A stretch of DNA of 64,000 nucleotides from Caldisericia bacterium (GTDB lineage: Bacteria > Caldisericota > Caldisericia > JAAYUI01): positions 2,112,001-2,176,000 of the forward strand of contig OY771555.1 in NCBI GenBank assembly GCA_963674785.1, written 5' to 3'. Position 1 is the first letter of the stretch. The number at the start of each line of letters is the position of its first letter. A model generated the notes under the pieces. That model was given only the letters and a program-made list of their open reading frames with translations. It did no database searches and was not told the origin of the DNA. This document shows positions 27,561-37,967 of this stretch, in pieces. A program made the translations under genes and the position numbers.

Positions 27561-27752
27561 CTACTCCATCGTGCTACCATTTTGCCAGCATCTGTAGTTC
27601 GGGCATCCACATAGCTCCATCTGATTTGGATCAAAAACCTGTTGATCCATCCAAACTACTCTAAGCTCCGGAATCAACTCCATTATCTCTGGATCCACCT
27701 TTGACTGATCCAAAGACACCTTAATTGAGTCTGGGTTGTGTTCGTATGGCAT
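27561..27752 (-). CDS. Putative RiPP precursor peptide (63 aa; acidic leader, C-terminal CGCPNYRCWQNG core)
   Basis: Strong SD AGGAGG; co-oriented and directly upstream of the rSAM/SPASM gene; all three Cys are clustered at the C-terminus. Confidence 0.75.
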   Translation of the reverse strand: MPYEHNPDSIKVSLDQSKVDPEIMELIPELRVVWMDQQVFDPNQMELCGCPNYRCWQNGSTME

Positions 27753-27889
27753 AACATTACCTCCTCTCTCACCTGATAAAACAACAATATCACGGAGGCA
27801 AGTTTACAAAAAATAATTTTAATTTATGGACAGATTAATTTTGTCGATTCTTTTATATTTGTAGCATCATCAACAGGATCTTCAAAAAT

Positions 27890-28873
27890 CTATTTAATTA
27901 GATTAAAAACCAACAACATCAATCCACCAAATACGGCTGATGCAAACCAGAACCAGAACACAATTTTTTTCTCACTCCATCCAAGAAGCTCAAAGTGATG
28001 GTGGATTGGTGTCATCAAAAACACTCTTTTCCCTGTTCCGGTTTTTCTTTTTGTGTATTTGAAATAGCTCGTTTGAATCATAGTTGAGAGCGCCTCAAAG
28101 AAGAAAACAAATCCGCCAATCAAAAATAACCAGATATGACCGGAATAGATTGCTGTTATTGCAAGCACTCCACCAAGTGCATTTGACCCAGTATTGCCCA
28201 TCCAAACCTTTGCAGGATGAAAATTAAAAACCAGAAATCCGACAGTTGCACCAATCAGAGCCAAGGGCAAAATTGCCAAACCTTTATCAACGATAAAAAG
28301 CATTGGAATGTATGAAATCAGAGTTATCGTGTTTGCACCTCCTGCCAACCCATCAAGACCATCAGCAAGATTAACTGCATTAACTATCCCAATAATAGCA
28401 ACAACATATACCATCGCTGAAATTGATTCTGGTGTTCCAGCACCAAAAACAGGCGTCAAAATCTGGTAATGAATTAAAATGAATGGGAATGTAATAAGAA
28501 GCTGAAGGGCGATTGTCCATCTTCCCGGTAAACCCTGTGGTGAATTTGTGAAGATTTTTATGGCATCGTCAATGAAACCAATGAGTCCAAATCCCCACAT
28601 CGCATAAAGTCCCCACATCAAATAATGAGGAGCAAAACCAGTCATTAGGTCTGTAAAACGAGAGAAAATAAGGGCGGAGGCAGTAGCAGCAATCATAAAA
28701 ATAAACCCGCCCATGCAAGGTGTGCCAGCTTTTTTTTGATGACGTTCAGGTGATTCTGCACGAACTTTTTGACCAGTGCCAAGTGTTTTTAATAAAAGAA
28801 TTATTGGATACCCGATGACTAGACTGATGGCAAATGCCGATCCTGTCAGCAAAAAGATATTATTCATAATCAC
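27890..28873 (-). CDS. mraY: Phospho-N-acetylmuramoyl-pentapeptide transferase
   Basis: HQKKAGTPCMGG, FIDD, NAVNLADGLDGL and MTPIHHHFEL motifs. Confidence 0.9.
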   Translation of the reverse strand: MIMNNIFLLTGSAFAISLVIGYPIILLLKTLGTGQKVRAESPERHQKKAGTPCMGGFIFMIAATASALIFSRFTDLMTGFAPHYLMWGLYAMWGFGLIGFIDDAIKIFTNSPQGLPGRWTIALQLLITFPFILIHYQILTPVFGAGTPESISAMVYVVAIIGIVNAVNLADGLDGLAGGANTITLISYIPMLFIVDKGLAILPLALIGATVGFLVFNFHPAKVWMGNTGSNALGGVLAITAIYSGHIWLFLIGGFVFFFEALSTMIQTSYFKYTKRKTGTGKRVFLMTPIHHHFELLGWSEKKIVFWFWFASAVFGGLMLLVFNLIK

Positions 28874-28981
28874 CTCACTTACAAACAGGGAATTATAACG
28901 GATATTGACTTTATGACAAGATTTTTAGTTTTCTAGTGTGTCAAATAAAATAGAATAAGTTTAGCAAAAAAGGAGGATATT

Positions 28982-30406
28982 ATGTCCGAAAAGAAAAAAG
29001 AAACATTAAACGATAAATTAGGTTATAAAACCAATCTTATATGGGAAAACGAAAAACTCCACAAGGAGATCATGGATTTCGCAGAACCGTACAAGAAATT
29101 CCTAACTGACAACAAAACTGAGCGTGAAGTTGCAAAATGGGCAATTGATCTTCTTGAAAAAGATGGCTTCAAAAAAGACAGCAAAGATGAGAAGAATTAC
29201 TCAGTAAACAGAGGAAAATCAGTGATTGCTGCAAGAATGGGTAAAAAGCCAATCACTGAAGGTTTTACACTCGTTATCGCGCATACCGACTCACCAAGAA
29301 TTGACCTTAAACAGGTTCCACTCTATGAAGATTCAGGCAATGCAATGCTTGACACACATTACTATGGTGGAATCAAAAAATGGCAGTGGACAAACATCCC
29401 ACTTTCAATTCATGGAACAATTGTCAAAAAAGATGGAACAAAAATTGATGTCTCTTGGGGCGAGGAAGACGATAAGGAATTTGGACCAGTATTGATCAGT
29501 GACATCCTCATTCACCTTTCAAAAGACCAGATGAGTCAGCCTGCAAGAAACATTATCACAGGTGAAAACCTTAACGCTATGGCAGGAACAATCCCACTTA
29601 CCGGAGAAGACTACAAGGATGAAAAAGATAAAGTTAAGCTTTATCTACTCAAGATTCTCAACGACAAATACGGAATCACCGAGGCTGATTTCCTCTCATC
29701 AGAGCTTGAACTCGTTCCAGCAATCAAGGCAAGAGACATCGGAATGGACAAATCCTTGGTAATGGGTTATGGTCACGATGACAGAATCTGCTCATACACT
29801 GCCCTCCGTGGACTTCTCGATCTTGACGAACAACCAGAGCTTACTGCAATCGTTTATCTTGTTGACAAAGAAGAGATTGGTTCAATGGGTACAACAGGCG
29901 CAGCAAACCAGTTCCTCGAGTATTTCGTTTCAAATCTTGCAGGTGGAGTTCCACTTTGGCCAATCATGCAGAAATCCTACTGTCTCAGTGCAGACGTTAA
30001 TGCCGCATACGATGTAAACTTCAAAGACAGATTTGAGTCAAAAAATGCTTCGTTCCTCGGTAAAGGTATCACCCTCACCAAATTCACAGGTAGTGGTGGA
30101 AAAGGTGGCGCAAGTGATGCGTCAGCAGAATTCGTCGCATCAGTAAGAATGCTTCTTGAAGACGAAAAGATTGATTTCCAGACAGCAGAACTTGGTTCTG
30201 TTGACATCGGTGGTGGTGGAACAGTCGCATACTTACTTGCAGACCGTGGAATCGACACCCTTGACGCAGGTCCAGCAGTGGTTGGAATGCACGCACCAAA
30301 CGAAACAATCAGCAAAGCTGACCTCTACAACACATACCTTGCATACAAAGCCTTCCTCCAGAAATTTGGCGGAAAATACATCAAGGTTGCAAAAAACACT
30401 GATTGA
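28982..30406 (+). CDS. M18-family aminopeptidase
   Basis: AHTDSPR, HYYGGIKKWQW, GHDDR, DKEEIGS and MHAP motifs. Confidence 0.92.
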   Translation: MSEKKKETLNDKLGYKTNLIWENEKLHKEIMDFAEPYKKFLTDNKTEREVAKWAIDLLEKDGFKKDSKDEKNYSVNRGKSVIAARMGKKPITEGFTLVIAHTDSPRIDLKQVPLYEDSGNAMLDTHYYGGIKKWQWTNIPLSIHGTIVKKDGTKIDVSWGEEDDKEFGPVLISDILIHLSKDQMSQPARNIITGENLNAMAGTIPLTGEDYKDEKDKVKLYLLKILNDKYGITEADFLSSELELVPAIKARDIGMDKSLVMGYGHDDRICSYTALRGLLDLDEQPELTAIVYLVDKEEIGSMGTTGAANQFLEYFVSNLAGGVPLWPIMQKSYCLSADVNAAYDVNFKDRFESKNASFLGKGITLTKFTGSGGKGGASDASAEFVASVRMLLEDEKIDFQTAELGSVDIGGGGTVAYLLADRGIDTLDAGPAVVGMHAPNETISKADLYNTYLAYKAFLQKFGGKYIKVAKNTD

Positions 30407-30858
30407 TGAAATTTAAACGAATAGTCAAAGAAGCAGAGCTTCCAAGACAAGCTCACGTAGGGGACGCCGGATACGATTTGGTTTCTTATAAACCAATCAA
30501 TCTGGCACCCCTGCAAAGGGTTCAAGTTATGTTGGGGTTTTCCATGGAAATCCCAGATGGACACGTTGGTCTTGTTTGTCCAAGATCCGGACTTGCTTCA
30601 AAACTTGGACTCACTGTTTTGAACTCACCTGGAATTATTGACTCCGGTTATCGTGGCGAAGTGGGAGTCATCATTATAAATCTTTCCAACCAGAATGTTT
30701 CACTCCCAGAAAAATCTCGGATTGCCCAACTTGTTATTGTTAAATTCTATTCAGAAAAAGCTGTTTGGTCGGAATCTTTGAATCAAACAGACAGAGGAGA
30801 AAAAGGCTTCGGATCATCCGGAGAAGTCATTTTTGAATCTGAAAAAGATATTATCTAA
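30406..30858 (+). CDS. dut: dUTP diphosphatase
   Basis: DAGYDL, PRSGLA, GIIDSGYRGE, RIAQL and RGEKGFGSSG motifs. Confidence 0.96.
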   Translation: MKFKRIVKEAELPRQAHVGDAGYDLVSYKPINLAPLQRVQVMLGFSMEIPDGHVGLVCPRSGLASKLGLTVLNSPGIIDSGYRGEVGVIIINLSNQNVSLPEKSRIAQLVIVKFYSEKAVWSESLNQTDRGEKGFGSSGEVIFESEKDII

Positions 30859-30953
30859 ACAAACCCTTTTCCATATTTTTGAAAATTTTTCATTGTATGT
30901 TATCATGTACGCAATTGGTGGTTAGATTTTTTCTGTAGTCACGAAGGAGAAAT

Positions 30954-31961
30954 ATGAAATACGGTCCGATTGGTATTCATCTTGGTTCAGAGAAAGTTAA
31001 GATTTCACAGGTTTTTTCTGATGATATACAATTAAGAATGGTTGAGATGATTAGTCTTCCAACACCCGAAGGGTGTATCTCTGATGGTTATATAAAGACA
31101 CCGCGGGTACTCGGTGATTCAATTGGACGTGCAATAAAATCTTCGAAGTTCTTCGGCAATAGAGTAATGATTGCTATTCCAAGTGAAATATTAAGTATCA
31201 AGCTCATTACAACCAAAGAGGCAGCGAATCTAGATAGGGCTATCGCATCGAGATTATCTCAAATGGCATTCGAACATCCCGAAGACCTGACCTTTGATTA
31301 CAAGATTGCCAAAAAAGAAGATGACGACGTTACAGCAATTGTTGCCGTCACAAATAAGAAACACATCGCAAGAATAAGAGAAATGGCAGCCGAGGCAGAT
31401 TTAAGACTTGTTGGCACAGACCTTGAAATGCTTGCTATCTACAGATTGTCCAGTAAGTGTTACAAGACAAAAGATAAACCTGTTATGATTGCTCTTTTCA
31501 CTCCTCCAAAACTCAAATTGGCAATGTTTTCTAATACTGTCTTGAGTCAATTGGAAACAACAAATTTCCATGTTACAAGTGATCCAGAATACAACGATAT
31601 GCTCAAGCAAGAATTTGAGTCATTTCTGGAGAAGTATCGAAAAAACAACATCGTAACCGAACCTCCAACAATTTTCCTGGCGGGACTACCCAAACCAAGC
31701 ATCTCTCTTGAACATAATCTATGGAGGGATTTAGGTTTAAAAACAACTTCAATAAGGTGGAGTGAGCTTTTCAACATATCAAAAACATACACTAACATGA
31801 ATGAGTTAATAAACCGATTCGGTGCATTTTCATGTTCACTAGGTTTATCAATTGCAGACACTTCCATCCCAACCAGATTTAAAAGTCCGATTATTCCAGA
31901 TGGTCGAATAACAGAAATTGACCCAAAACTATTGGAATTCCCACAAAGGATTGAGCTATGA
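30954..31961 (+). CDS. PilM-like (actin-fold type IV pilus assembly) protein
   Basis: IGIHLGSEKVK, PTPEGCISDGYI, FDY, IFLAG and SLGLS pattern typical of PilM, but divergent. Confidence 0.6.
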   Translation: MKYGPIGIHLGSEKVKISQVFSDDIQLRMVEMISLPTPEGCISDGYIKTPRVLGDSIGRAIKSSKFFGNRVMIAIPSEILSIKLITTKEAANLDRAIASRLSQMAFEHPEDLTFDYKIAKKEDDDVTAIVAVTNKKHIARIREMAAEADLRLVGTDLEMLAIYRLSSKCYKTKDKPVMIALFTPPKLKLAMFSNTVLSQLETTNFHVTSDPEYNDMLKQEFESFLEKYRKNNIVTEPPTIFLAGLPKPSISLEHNLWRDLGLKTTSIRWSELFNISKTYTNMNELINRFGAFSCSLGLSIADTSIPTRFKSPIIPDGRITEIDPKLLEFPQRIEL

Positions 31962-32575
31962 TTTTACTACTTTATTATTGCATCGGTGGATATATTTTGG
32001 GAAGCATCCCTTTTGGACTTATTATCGGAAAACTCAAAGGGGTTGATGTAAGAGATGTCGGTTCAGGTAATATTGGTGCTACAAACGTTTTAAGATCAGT
32101 TGGGTGGCTACCAGGAGCTTTGACAACACTTCTTGACGTTGCAAAAGGATTCGTTCCGGTTTTTATTGCTGGAATAGTTGGATTTGATCCTTGGCAAATG
32201 GCGTTGCTAGGTTTAGTGATATTTCTCGGTCACTGTTGGTCAGTCTTTTTATTGTTTAAAGGTGGAAAAGGGATCTCAACTAGTCTTGGCATTGTCTTAG
32301 CGTTAGACTGGAGATTGGCAATTGCTGCCGCAATTGTTTGGCTAATAATTGTTCTCATGTGGAGGTTTGTGAGCCTTGCATCTGTTATGACAATTTCACT
32401 TGTCCCATTCGGCTTTCTGCTTGCTCATTTTGATCTCTTGGAGTTTGCTGTGTTAATAGGAATTGCTGTATTAGCGGTTTTAAAGCATATCCCCAACATA
32501 AAAAGATTATCTGCTGGGGAAGAGTACAAAATCGGAGAAAGGGCACTTGCAAATGTTGATACGGGTGGATCCTGA
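31958..32575 (+). CDS. plsY: Glycerol-3-phosphate acyltransferase PlsY
   Basis: GSIPFG, GSGNIGATN, GH...FKGGKG and HIPNIKRL motifs. Confidence 0.95.
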   Translation: MILLLYYCIGGYILGSIPFGLIIGKLKGVDVRDVGSGNIGATNVLRSVGWLPGALTTLLDVAKGFVPVFIAGIVGFDPWQMALLGLVIFLGHCWSVFLLFKGGKGISTSLGIVLALDWRLAIAAAIVWLIIVLMWRFVSLASVMTISLVPFGFLLAHFDLLEFAVLIGIAVLAVLKHIPNIKRLSAGEEYKIGERALANVDTGGS

Positions 32576-33197
32576 AAAACCAGATGTTGGATTGATTGGG
32601 GCTGCTGCAAATATGGCCAGAATAGGTCAACTGATAGTATTTCAAACCGACACAATATATGGTGTTGGAACCTCGGCACAGTCTGAGGCCGGTGTAGAAA
32701 GGCTTTTCTCAAGAAAAAACCGATCAACTGATAAGCCCTTGGGAGTTTTCTTAAGCTCGATTAATGAGGCACAAAACTACTGCATCATCAACGACAAACA
32801 CATTAAGTTTCTGGAAAACATCTGGCCGGGACCAGTTACATGCGTCTTCAAAAGAAGAAAAAGCACCTCTTTATGGGTTACACCAAAAGCTGAACAACCC
32901 CCAACAATCGCTGTAAGAATACCCAAGTCAAATGTTGTACATCATCTTCTTGATGAACTAAATGTGCCACTACTTCAAACCTCCGTAAATGTTTCCGGTC
33001 AAAGACATCTTTCACACAAAGAGCTTGTTAGCGAGTACCGCAGATTTGGTGACGTAATGATTGATTCTGGTCCAGAAAAATCCCTGCAACCCTCAACCGT
33101 GATAAGCCTGATTGGCGACGAAGTGAAGCTTATTCGCGAGGGGTCAACACCGTGGAACAGTATCTCAATGAGCCTTGAGATGTCTGGGGCAATTTAA
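32553..33197 (+). CDS. tsaC: Threonylcarbamoyl-AMP synthase (Sua5/YrdC family)
   Basis: TDTIYG, KNR...KPL, WPGP, AVRIP, TSVNVSG and PSTVI...REG motifs. Confidence 0.85.
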   Translation: MLIRVDPEKPDVGLIGAAANMARIGQLIVFQTDTIYGVGTSAQSEAGVERLFSRKNRSTDKPLGVFLSSINEAQNYCIINDKHIKFLENIWPGPVTCVFKRRKSTSLWVTPKAEQPPTIAVRIPKSNVVHHLLDELNVPLLQTSVNVSGQRHLSHKELVSEYRRFGDVMIDSGPEKSLQPSTVISLIGDEVKLIREGSTPWNSISMSLEMSGAI

Positions 33198-33297
33198 CTT
33201 ACTAAGCTCATAAAAGACTTAATTCACTTGACGAATACCCATTTATAGGTTATTTTTGAGTTCAAGTACACACAAACCAAGTGTAAAGGAGGGTGCA

Positions 33298-34797
33298 ATG
33301 AGTAAAATGCGTTATCTCGCATTAGCCCTTGTTATTGTGATTCTGATTTCAGGTTGTTCTGTTAATGGGGACGAACTAAAACAGACAAACATCATAAGTG
33401 TAACAAACTGTGAAAACGTAATTATTGTTTCAGATTATACAATGGAATACCTTGAACAAGACCCTGAAAAATGGTTCCTCAATGATGAAAATTTCGATTG
33501 GGATAATCCTGATCCATCAATCACCGACTGGGATAACCTGAACATGGAGCTTGATAATCTGCCGTGGGATGCCGAACAATGGATGCAGGGAAACTGGAAT
33601 CAGGTTTCATTGATAGACAGAAATGAAATTCAAGTAGTTTTAGGTCAGGGAAATTGGACAGACCTATACAACCATAAAGCTGATTGGATTTATTATCTTG
33701 AACACCCCTACACATGGAACGAACTTGAATTCCCAGAAAACAAAAGAACCCTGCTCAAAGGCGTGAATCAAAACATCATTGATTCATCTTGGCTTCCAAG
33801 CATATACAGACAGTTTTTTACCCTTAAAAAAGCTTCATCTGGCACACTTACGATTTGGGTAATTGGAAGCGTTGATGTTTATATGGATCCACCATTTGGC
33901 ACAAGGTTGCTTTCAAATCAAGGTGAAAAACCCAGATGTTTCGTTGGAAGAGGAGTTGGAGACAAAAACAAACCAACAAAAATCACGATAAGTATCCCAG
34001 AAATCAAGAGTGGAACACACTGTCTTTATTTCGTTCACAGAGCAGCCCCACAAGCTGAAGAATTTTGTATGCTACACACACTTGCCATCAGACCTTTTGC
34101 AAGCCAGACAACAAGAGGCGGATGGACTGTTGACGAATGTGATTGCTCATGCCTTTCAAGCAACGAAACTGCAGAATACCTCGTCCATGATGTAAATATC
34201 ACAAATAATGCAGGAAACACAGTACCGTGGGAGCCAATCGAAAACCACGGTGTTGATTATGTCCTAGGGAAATGGGCACCAGTATCAGTCATCCCACATC
34301 ATTCAGCTGATATGATGGCATGGGGAAAAGACTATAGAGGAACCCCATGGCACACTCTGTACAACAAATGTGCAAACTGGGTATACACAACCTCTGATCC
34401 TATGGACGGTTGGAATCACTGTCGGGCATGGGAAACGAATATTTACAGGCAGGTTTTTTCTGTTGACAAAGACACAAATGCAAATCTGATTGTATACACA
34501 AACGATCTTGTTGATGTGTATGTTGACCCATTTATTGACCTTTTAAATCCAATTGATTCAACTCCACTCATCAATGATCCACCACCAAACTCTAATCCAT
34601 ATCACGTTGGAAGCTCTGTAAACATGAAGGGCGGAAGACTTTTAACAATCCCACTTTTCCTCACAAAAGGAACCCACACTCTTTATTTTGTTCATAAAAA
34701 CCAGGACTTCCCTGCAAGCTCAACGAAGGCGTATGACTACTATGGCCTTATCTATTCGCTTTGTTGCAAGGAAGAATGCGTTTGTGACGATGAATAG
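33298..34797 (+). CDS. Hypothetical lipoprotein with two homologous beta-sandwich domains
   Basis: SD AAGGAGG; lipobox ISGC; internal repeat IYRQxF...VDVY(M/V)DP...HxLYFVH. Confidence 0.75.
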   Translation: MSKMRYLALALVIVILISGCSVNGDELKQTNIISVTNCENVIIVSDYTMEYLEQDPEKWFLNDENFDWDNPDPSITDWDNLNMELDNLPWDAEQWMQGNWNQVSLIDRNEIQVVLGQGNWTDLYNHKADWIYYLEHPYTWNELEFPENKRTLLKGVNQNIIDSSWLPSIYRQFFTLKKASSGTLTIWVIGSVDVYMDPPFGTRLLSNQGEKPRCFVGRGVGDKNKPTKITISIPEIKSGTHCLYFVHRAAPQAEEFCMLHTLAIRPFASQTTRGGWTVDECDCSCLSSNETAEYLVHDVNITNNAGNTVPWEPIENHGVDYVLGKWAPVSVIPHHSADMMAWGKDYRGTPWHTLYNKCANWVYTTSDPMDGWNHCRAWETNIYRQVFSVDKDTNANLIVYTNDLVDVYVDPFIDLLNPIDSTPLINDPPPNSNPYHVGSSVNMKGGRLLTIPLFLTKGTHTLYFVHKNQDFPASSTKAYDYYGLIYSLCCKEECVCDDE

Positions 34798-34806
34798 GAG
34801 ATAAGT

Positions 34807-36213
34807 ATGAATACTCTTCCATTTTATTCAGGTGGAAGGAAGACTACTGAAAAAATGTTAGAAGTAAGAGACAAATACACGGGCGAGACCTTCGCCCGTG
34901 TTTCAATTTCTGACAAAAGCGACATTCAGAAATCATATGAAATCTTAAAAAAGTCAGAAACTCTTCCATCCCACAAAAGAGCAGAAATCCTTGATAAAAC
35001 CGCAGAAATCGTTTTATCAAAAAAGAATAAACTCGCAGAAATCATTTGCTGTGAAGCTGGAAAACCAATCAAACTTGCAAGAGGAGAAGTTGAAAGATGT
35101 ATTCAAACACTCAAATTCTCAGCATCGGTAGCAAGAACAATTTCTGGTGAAACGGTCAATTTTCCAGCACATCCCGGGGGAGAAGGGAGAAGAGGCTACG
35201 TTTCCTATGAGCCAGTAGGTGTTGTTGCAGCAATCTCACCATTCAACTTTCCACTCAACCTCTTTGCTCATAAGGTCGCGCCGGCAATTGCTGCAGGCTG
35301 CCCAATAATTTCAAAACCCGCAAGCACAACACCAGTTTCAGCACTCAAGCTTGCTGAATGTCTCTTTGAAGCAGGACTTCCAGAAAACCAGCTTTCCGTT
35401 CTGGTGGGTTCCGGCAGTGAAATTGGCACTGGAATTGTTTCACACCCTGATTGTGCACATATCAGTTTCACAGGAAGCCCAGAGGTCGGATGGAATCTAC
35501 TCAATGTAAATCCAAAAATTGGAAGGACACTTGAACTTGGTTCAAACTCAGCGATGGTCATTGATTCAAGTTGGGATGTTTCAGATGCAGCCAAAAAAGC
35601 GGTTTCTGCATCAATGGCATATTCTGGACAGGTTTGTATTTCTCTTCAAAGAGTGTATGTCACAGAAGATATTTTTGATGAGCTTTGCTCAAAAATTAAA
35701 GAAAACGCCTCACAGCTCATAATCGGAAATCCACACGATGAAGCAACAACAATTGGTCCAATGATTTCAGAATATGAGGCAGACCGAGTAAGAGATTGGG
35801 TAAGAAAAGCGAGGAATGCCGGAGCGAGTGTTTTAGTATCTGAGGATAAAGGTAAATCATTACTTGGTCCACAGATTCTTACGAATGTTCCAGAAAACTG
35901 CGAGATTATCTCAAATGAGGTTTTTGGCCCAGTTGTATCGATAAACCCAATTAGGAAAATTGATGATGCAGTTGAGTTAATCAACCAAACAGAATATGGG
36001 CTTCAAGCAGGAATACTCATTAAGGATTTCCAAAAAGCTATAAGGCTCTCTGAAAAACTTGATGTTGCTGGTGTCATCATTGGAGACAGCCCAATCTTCA
36101 GGGTAGACCAGATGCCATATGGTGGAATAAAAAAATCGGGAATCGGAAGAGAAGGCCCAAAATGGGCAATCAGGGACTTAGTCAAAGAAAAACTTACCGT
36201 CTTTACACTCTGA
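34807..36213 (+). CDS. Aldehyde dehydrogenase family protein
   Basis: ISPFNFP, FTGS, LELG, GQVCIS, EVFGP and PYGGIKKSGIGREG motifs. Confidence 0.93.
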   Translation: MNTLPFYSGGRKTTEKMLEVRDKYTGETFARVSISDKSDIQKSYEILKKSETLPSHKRAEILDKTAEIVLSKKNKLAEIICCEAGKPIKLARGEVERCIQTLKFSASVARTISGETVNFPAHPGGEGRRGYVSYEPVGVVAAISPFNFPLNLFAHKVAPAIAAGCPIISKPASTTPVSALKLAECLFEAGLPENQLSVLVGSGSEIGTGIVSHPDCAHISFTGSPEVGWNLLNVNPKIGRTLELGSNSAMVIDSSWDVSDAAKKAVSASMAYSGQVCISLQRVYVTEDIFDELCSKIKENASQLIIGNPHDEATTIGPMISEYEADRVRDWVRKARNAGASVLVSEDKGKSLLGPQILTNVPENCEIISNEVFGPVVSINPIRKIDDAVELINQTEYGLQAGILIKDFQKAIRLSEKLDVAGVIIGDSPIFRVDQMPYGGIKKSGIGREGPKWAIRDLVKEKLTVFTL

Positions 36214-36268
36214 TTTTAAGATTCCCTTCACCTTGAAATCACTTACGAAAAAAACTAATATAGTTTTG

Positions 36269-36724
36269 ATGATTACAAAGAAAGTTTCAATTGCATCCGA
36301 TCATGGCGGATTTGAGCTGAAAGAAAAAATAATCCTATTCCTAAATGAAATTGGTATTTCGACGGTAGACCTCGGAACAAATTCAACCGAGAGCGTTGAT
36401 TACCCGGATTTTGCAAAAAAACTCACTGATAACATCGCATCTGGTGAAACTGATTTTGGAATCCTTATCTGCGGAACGGGTATCGGAATGGAGATTTCTG
36501 CCAACAAAGCAAAAGGGATTCGGGCTGCTAACTGCACAAACTCAACAATGGCAAAATTGACAAGACAGCACAATAACGCAAACGTGCTTTGCATGGGTGA
36601 GAGGATTGTTGGTTTTGAACTCGCAAAAGATATAGTGTCCACCTTCTTAAAGACAGAATTTGAAGGTGGAAGACACCAAAGAAGAATAGAAAAAATAAAA
36701 GATATGGAGGAATCCCATGGGTAA
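36269..36724 (+). CDS. rpiB: Ribose-5-phosphate isomerase B
   Basis: SDHGG, DYPD, CGTGIG, HNNAN and GGRHQRR motifs; start reassigned to ATG 36269. Confidence 0.95.
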   Translation: MITKKVSIASDHGGFELKEKIILFLNEIGISTVDLGTNSTESVDYPDFAKKLTDNIASGETDFGILICGTGIGMEISANKAKGIRAANCTNSTMAKLTRQHNNANVLCMGERIVGFELAKDIVSTFLKTEFEGGRHQRRIEKIKDMEESHG

Positions 36725-37967
36725 CTTAAACAAAATTGATCCAGAAGTTGCAAGCTCACTTGAGCAGGAATTGAATCGTCAAAGAGGAAATATCGAGTTA
36801 ATCGCCTCTGAAAACTTCGTCAGCCCCGCTGTTCTTGAAGCACTCGGCTCAATGGCAACAAACAAATACGCCGAAGGGTATCCTGGAAAAAGATACTACG
36901 GTGGATGTGAGTTCCTTGATATCGCAGAAAAACTTGCCATGAAACGCGCAAGAGAGATTTTTGGTGCTGAGTACGCAAACGTTCAACCACATTCCGGTGC
37001 ACAGGCAAACATGGCTGCATTTTTCTCCATGCTTAATCCGGGTGATACATTCATGGGAATGAAGCTTGACCACGGTGGTCATCTCACACACGGTCACCCA
37101 ATCACTATGTCTGGAAAATGGTTCAATGCTGTTTCATATGGGGTCAATAAAGAAACCGAAACCCTTGATTACGATGAACTCGAAACAATGGCAACTGAGG
37201 TTAAACCAAAACTCATCGTTGCAGGAGCTTCCGCTTACCCAAGATTCTTTGATTTTGAAAGACTTGGAAAAATTGCAAAATCAGTTGGTGCAAAACTCAT
37301 GGTCGATATGGCTCATATCGCAGGACTTGTCGCTGCAGGGGTTCATCCATCACCAATTCCACACGCAGATGTTGTCACAACAACAACACATAAAACCCTC
37401 AGAGGTCCTCGAGGTGGAATGATTCTTTCCACAAAAGACATGAGGAAAGAAGTCAAAAAGGCAGTATTCCCTGGAATTCAGGGTGGCCCACTCATGCATG
37501 TTATCGCAGCAAAAGCAGTTTGCTTCAAAGAAGCCATGGGCGAGGAGTTCAAAGAGTATCAGAAACAGACAATCAAAAATGCAGCAACCCTTGCAAAATC
37601 ACTTGCCGCAAACGGCTTCAGAATTGTCTCTGGTGGAACTGATAACCATCTGATGCTCGTTGATCTCAGACCAAAAGATATTGGCGGTTCAGAAATGGAA
37701 GACCTTTCAGAGTCAATCGGAATTACAATCAACAAAAACGCAATCCCGTTTGATCCAGCTCCTCCAATGAACCCATCTGGAATGAGACTTGGAACACCAT
37801 CACTTACAACCCGCGGCATGAAAGAACCTGAAATGGAACAGATTGCAAGCATCATCACAAAAGCAGTCGCAAACAGAAACGACGAGAAAGCTCTTGAGTC
37901 ATTGAAAAATGAGGTTAAGGAACTTACAGGTAAATTCCCTCTCTATGAAGGTGTCACCTATCTGTAA
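36717..37967 (+). CDS. glyA: Serine hydroxymethyltransferase
   Basis: [22 protein letters not shown] and [13 protein letters not shown] motifs. Confidence 0.98.
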   Translation: MGNLNKIDPEVASSLEQELNRQRGNIELIASENFVSPAVLEALGSMATNKYAEGYPGKRYYGGCEFLDIAEKLAMKRAREIFGAEYANVQPHSGAQANMAAFFSMLNPGDTFMGMKLDHGGHLTHGHPITMSGKWFNAVSYGVNKETETLDYDELETMATEVKPKLIVAGASAYPRFFDFERLGKIAKSVGAKLMVDMAHIAGLVAAGVHPSPIPHADVVTTTTHKTLRGPRGGMILSTKDMRKEVKKAVFPGIQGGPLMHVIAAKAVCFKEAMGEEFKEYQKQTIKNAATLAKSLAANGFRIVSGGTDNHLMLVDLRPKDIGGSEMEDLSESIGITINKNAIPFDPAPPMNPSGMRLGTPSLTTRGMKEPEMEQIASIITKAVANRNDEKALESLKNEVKELTGKFPLYEGVTYL

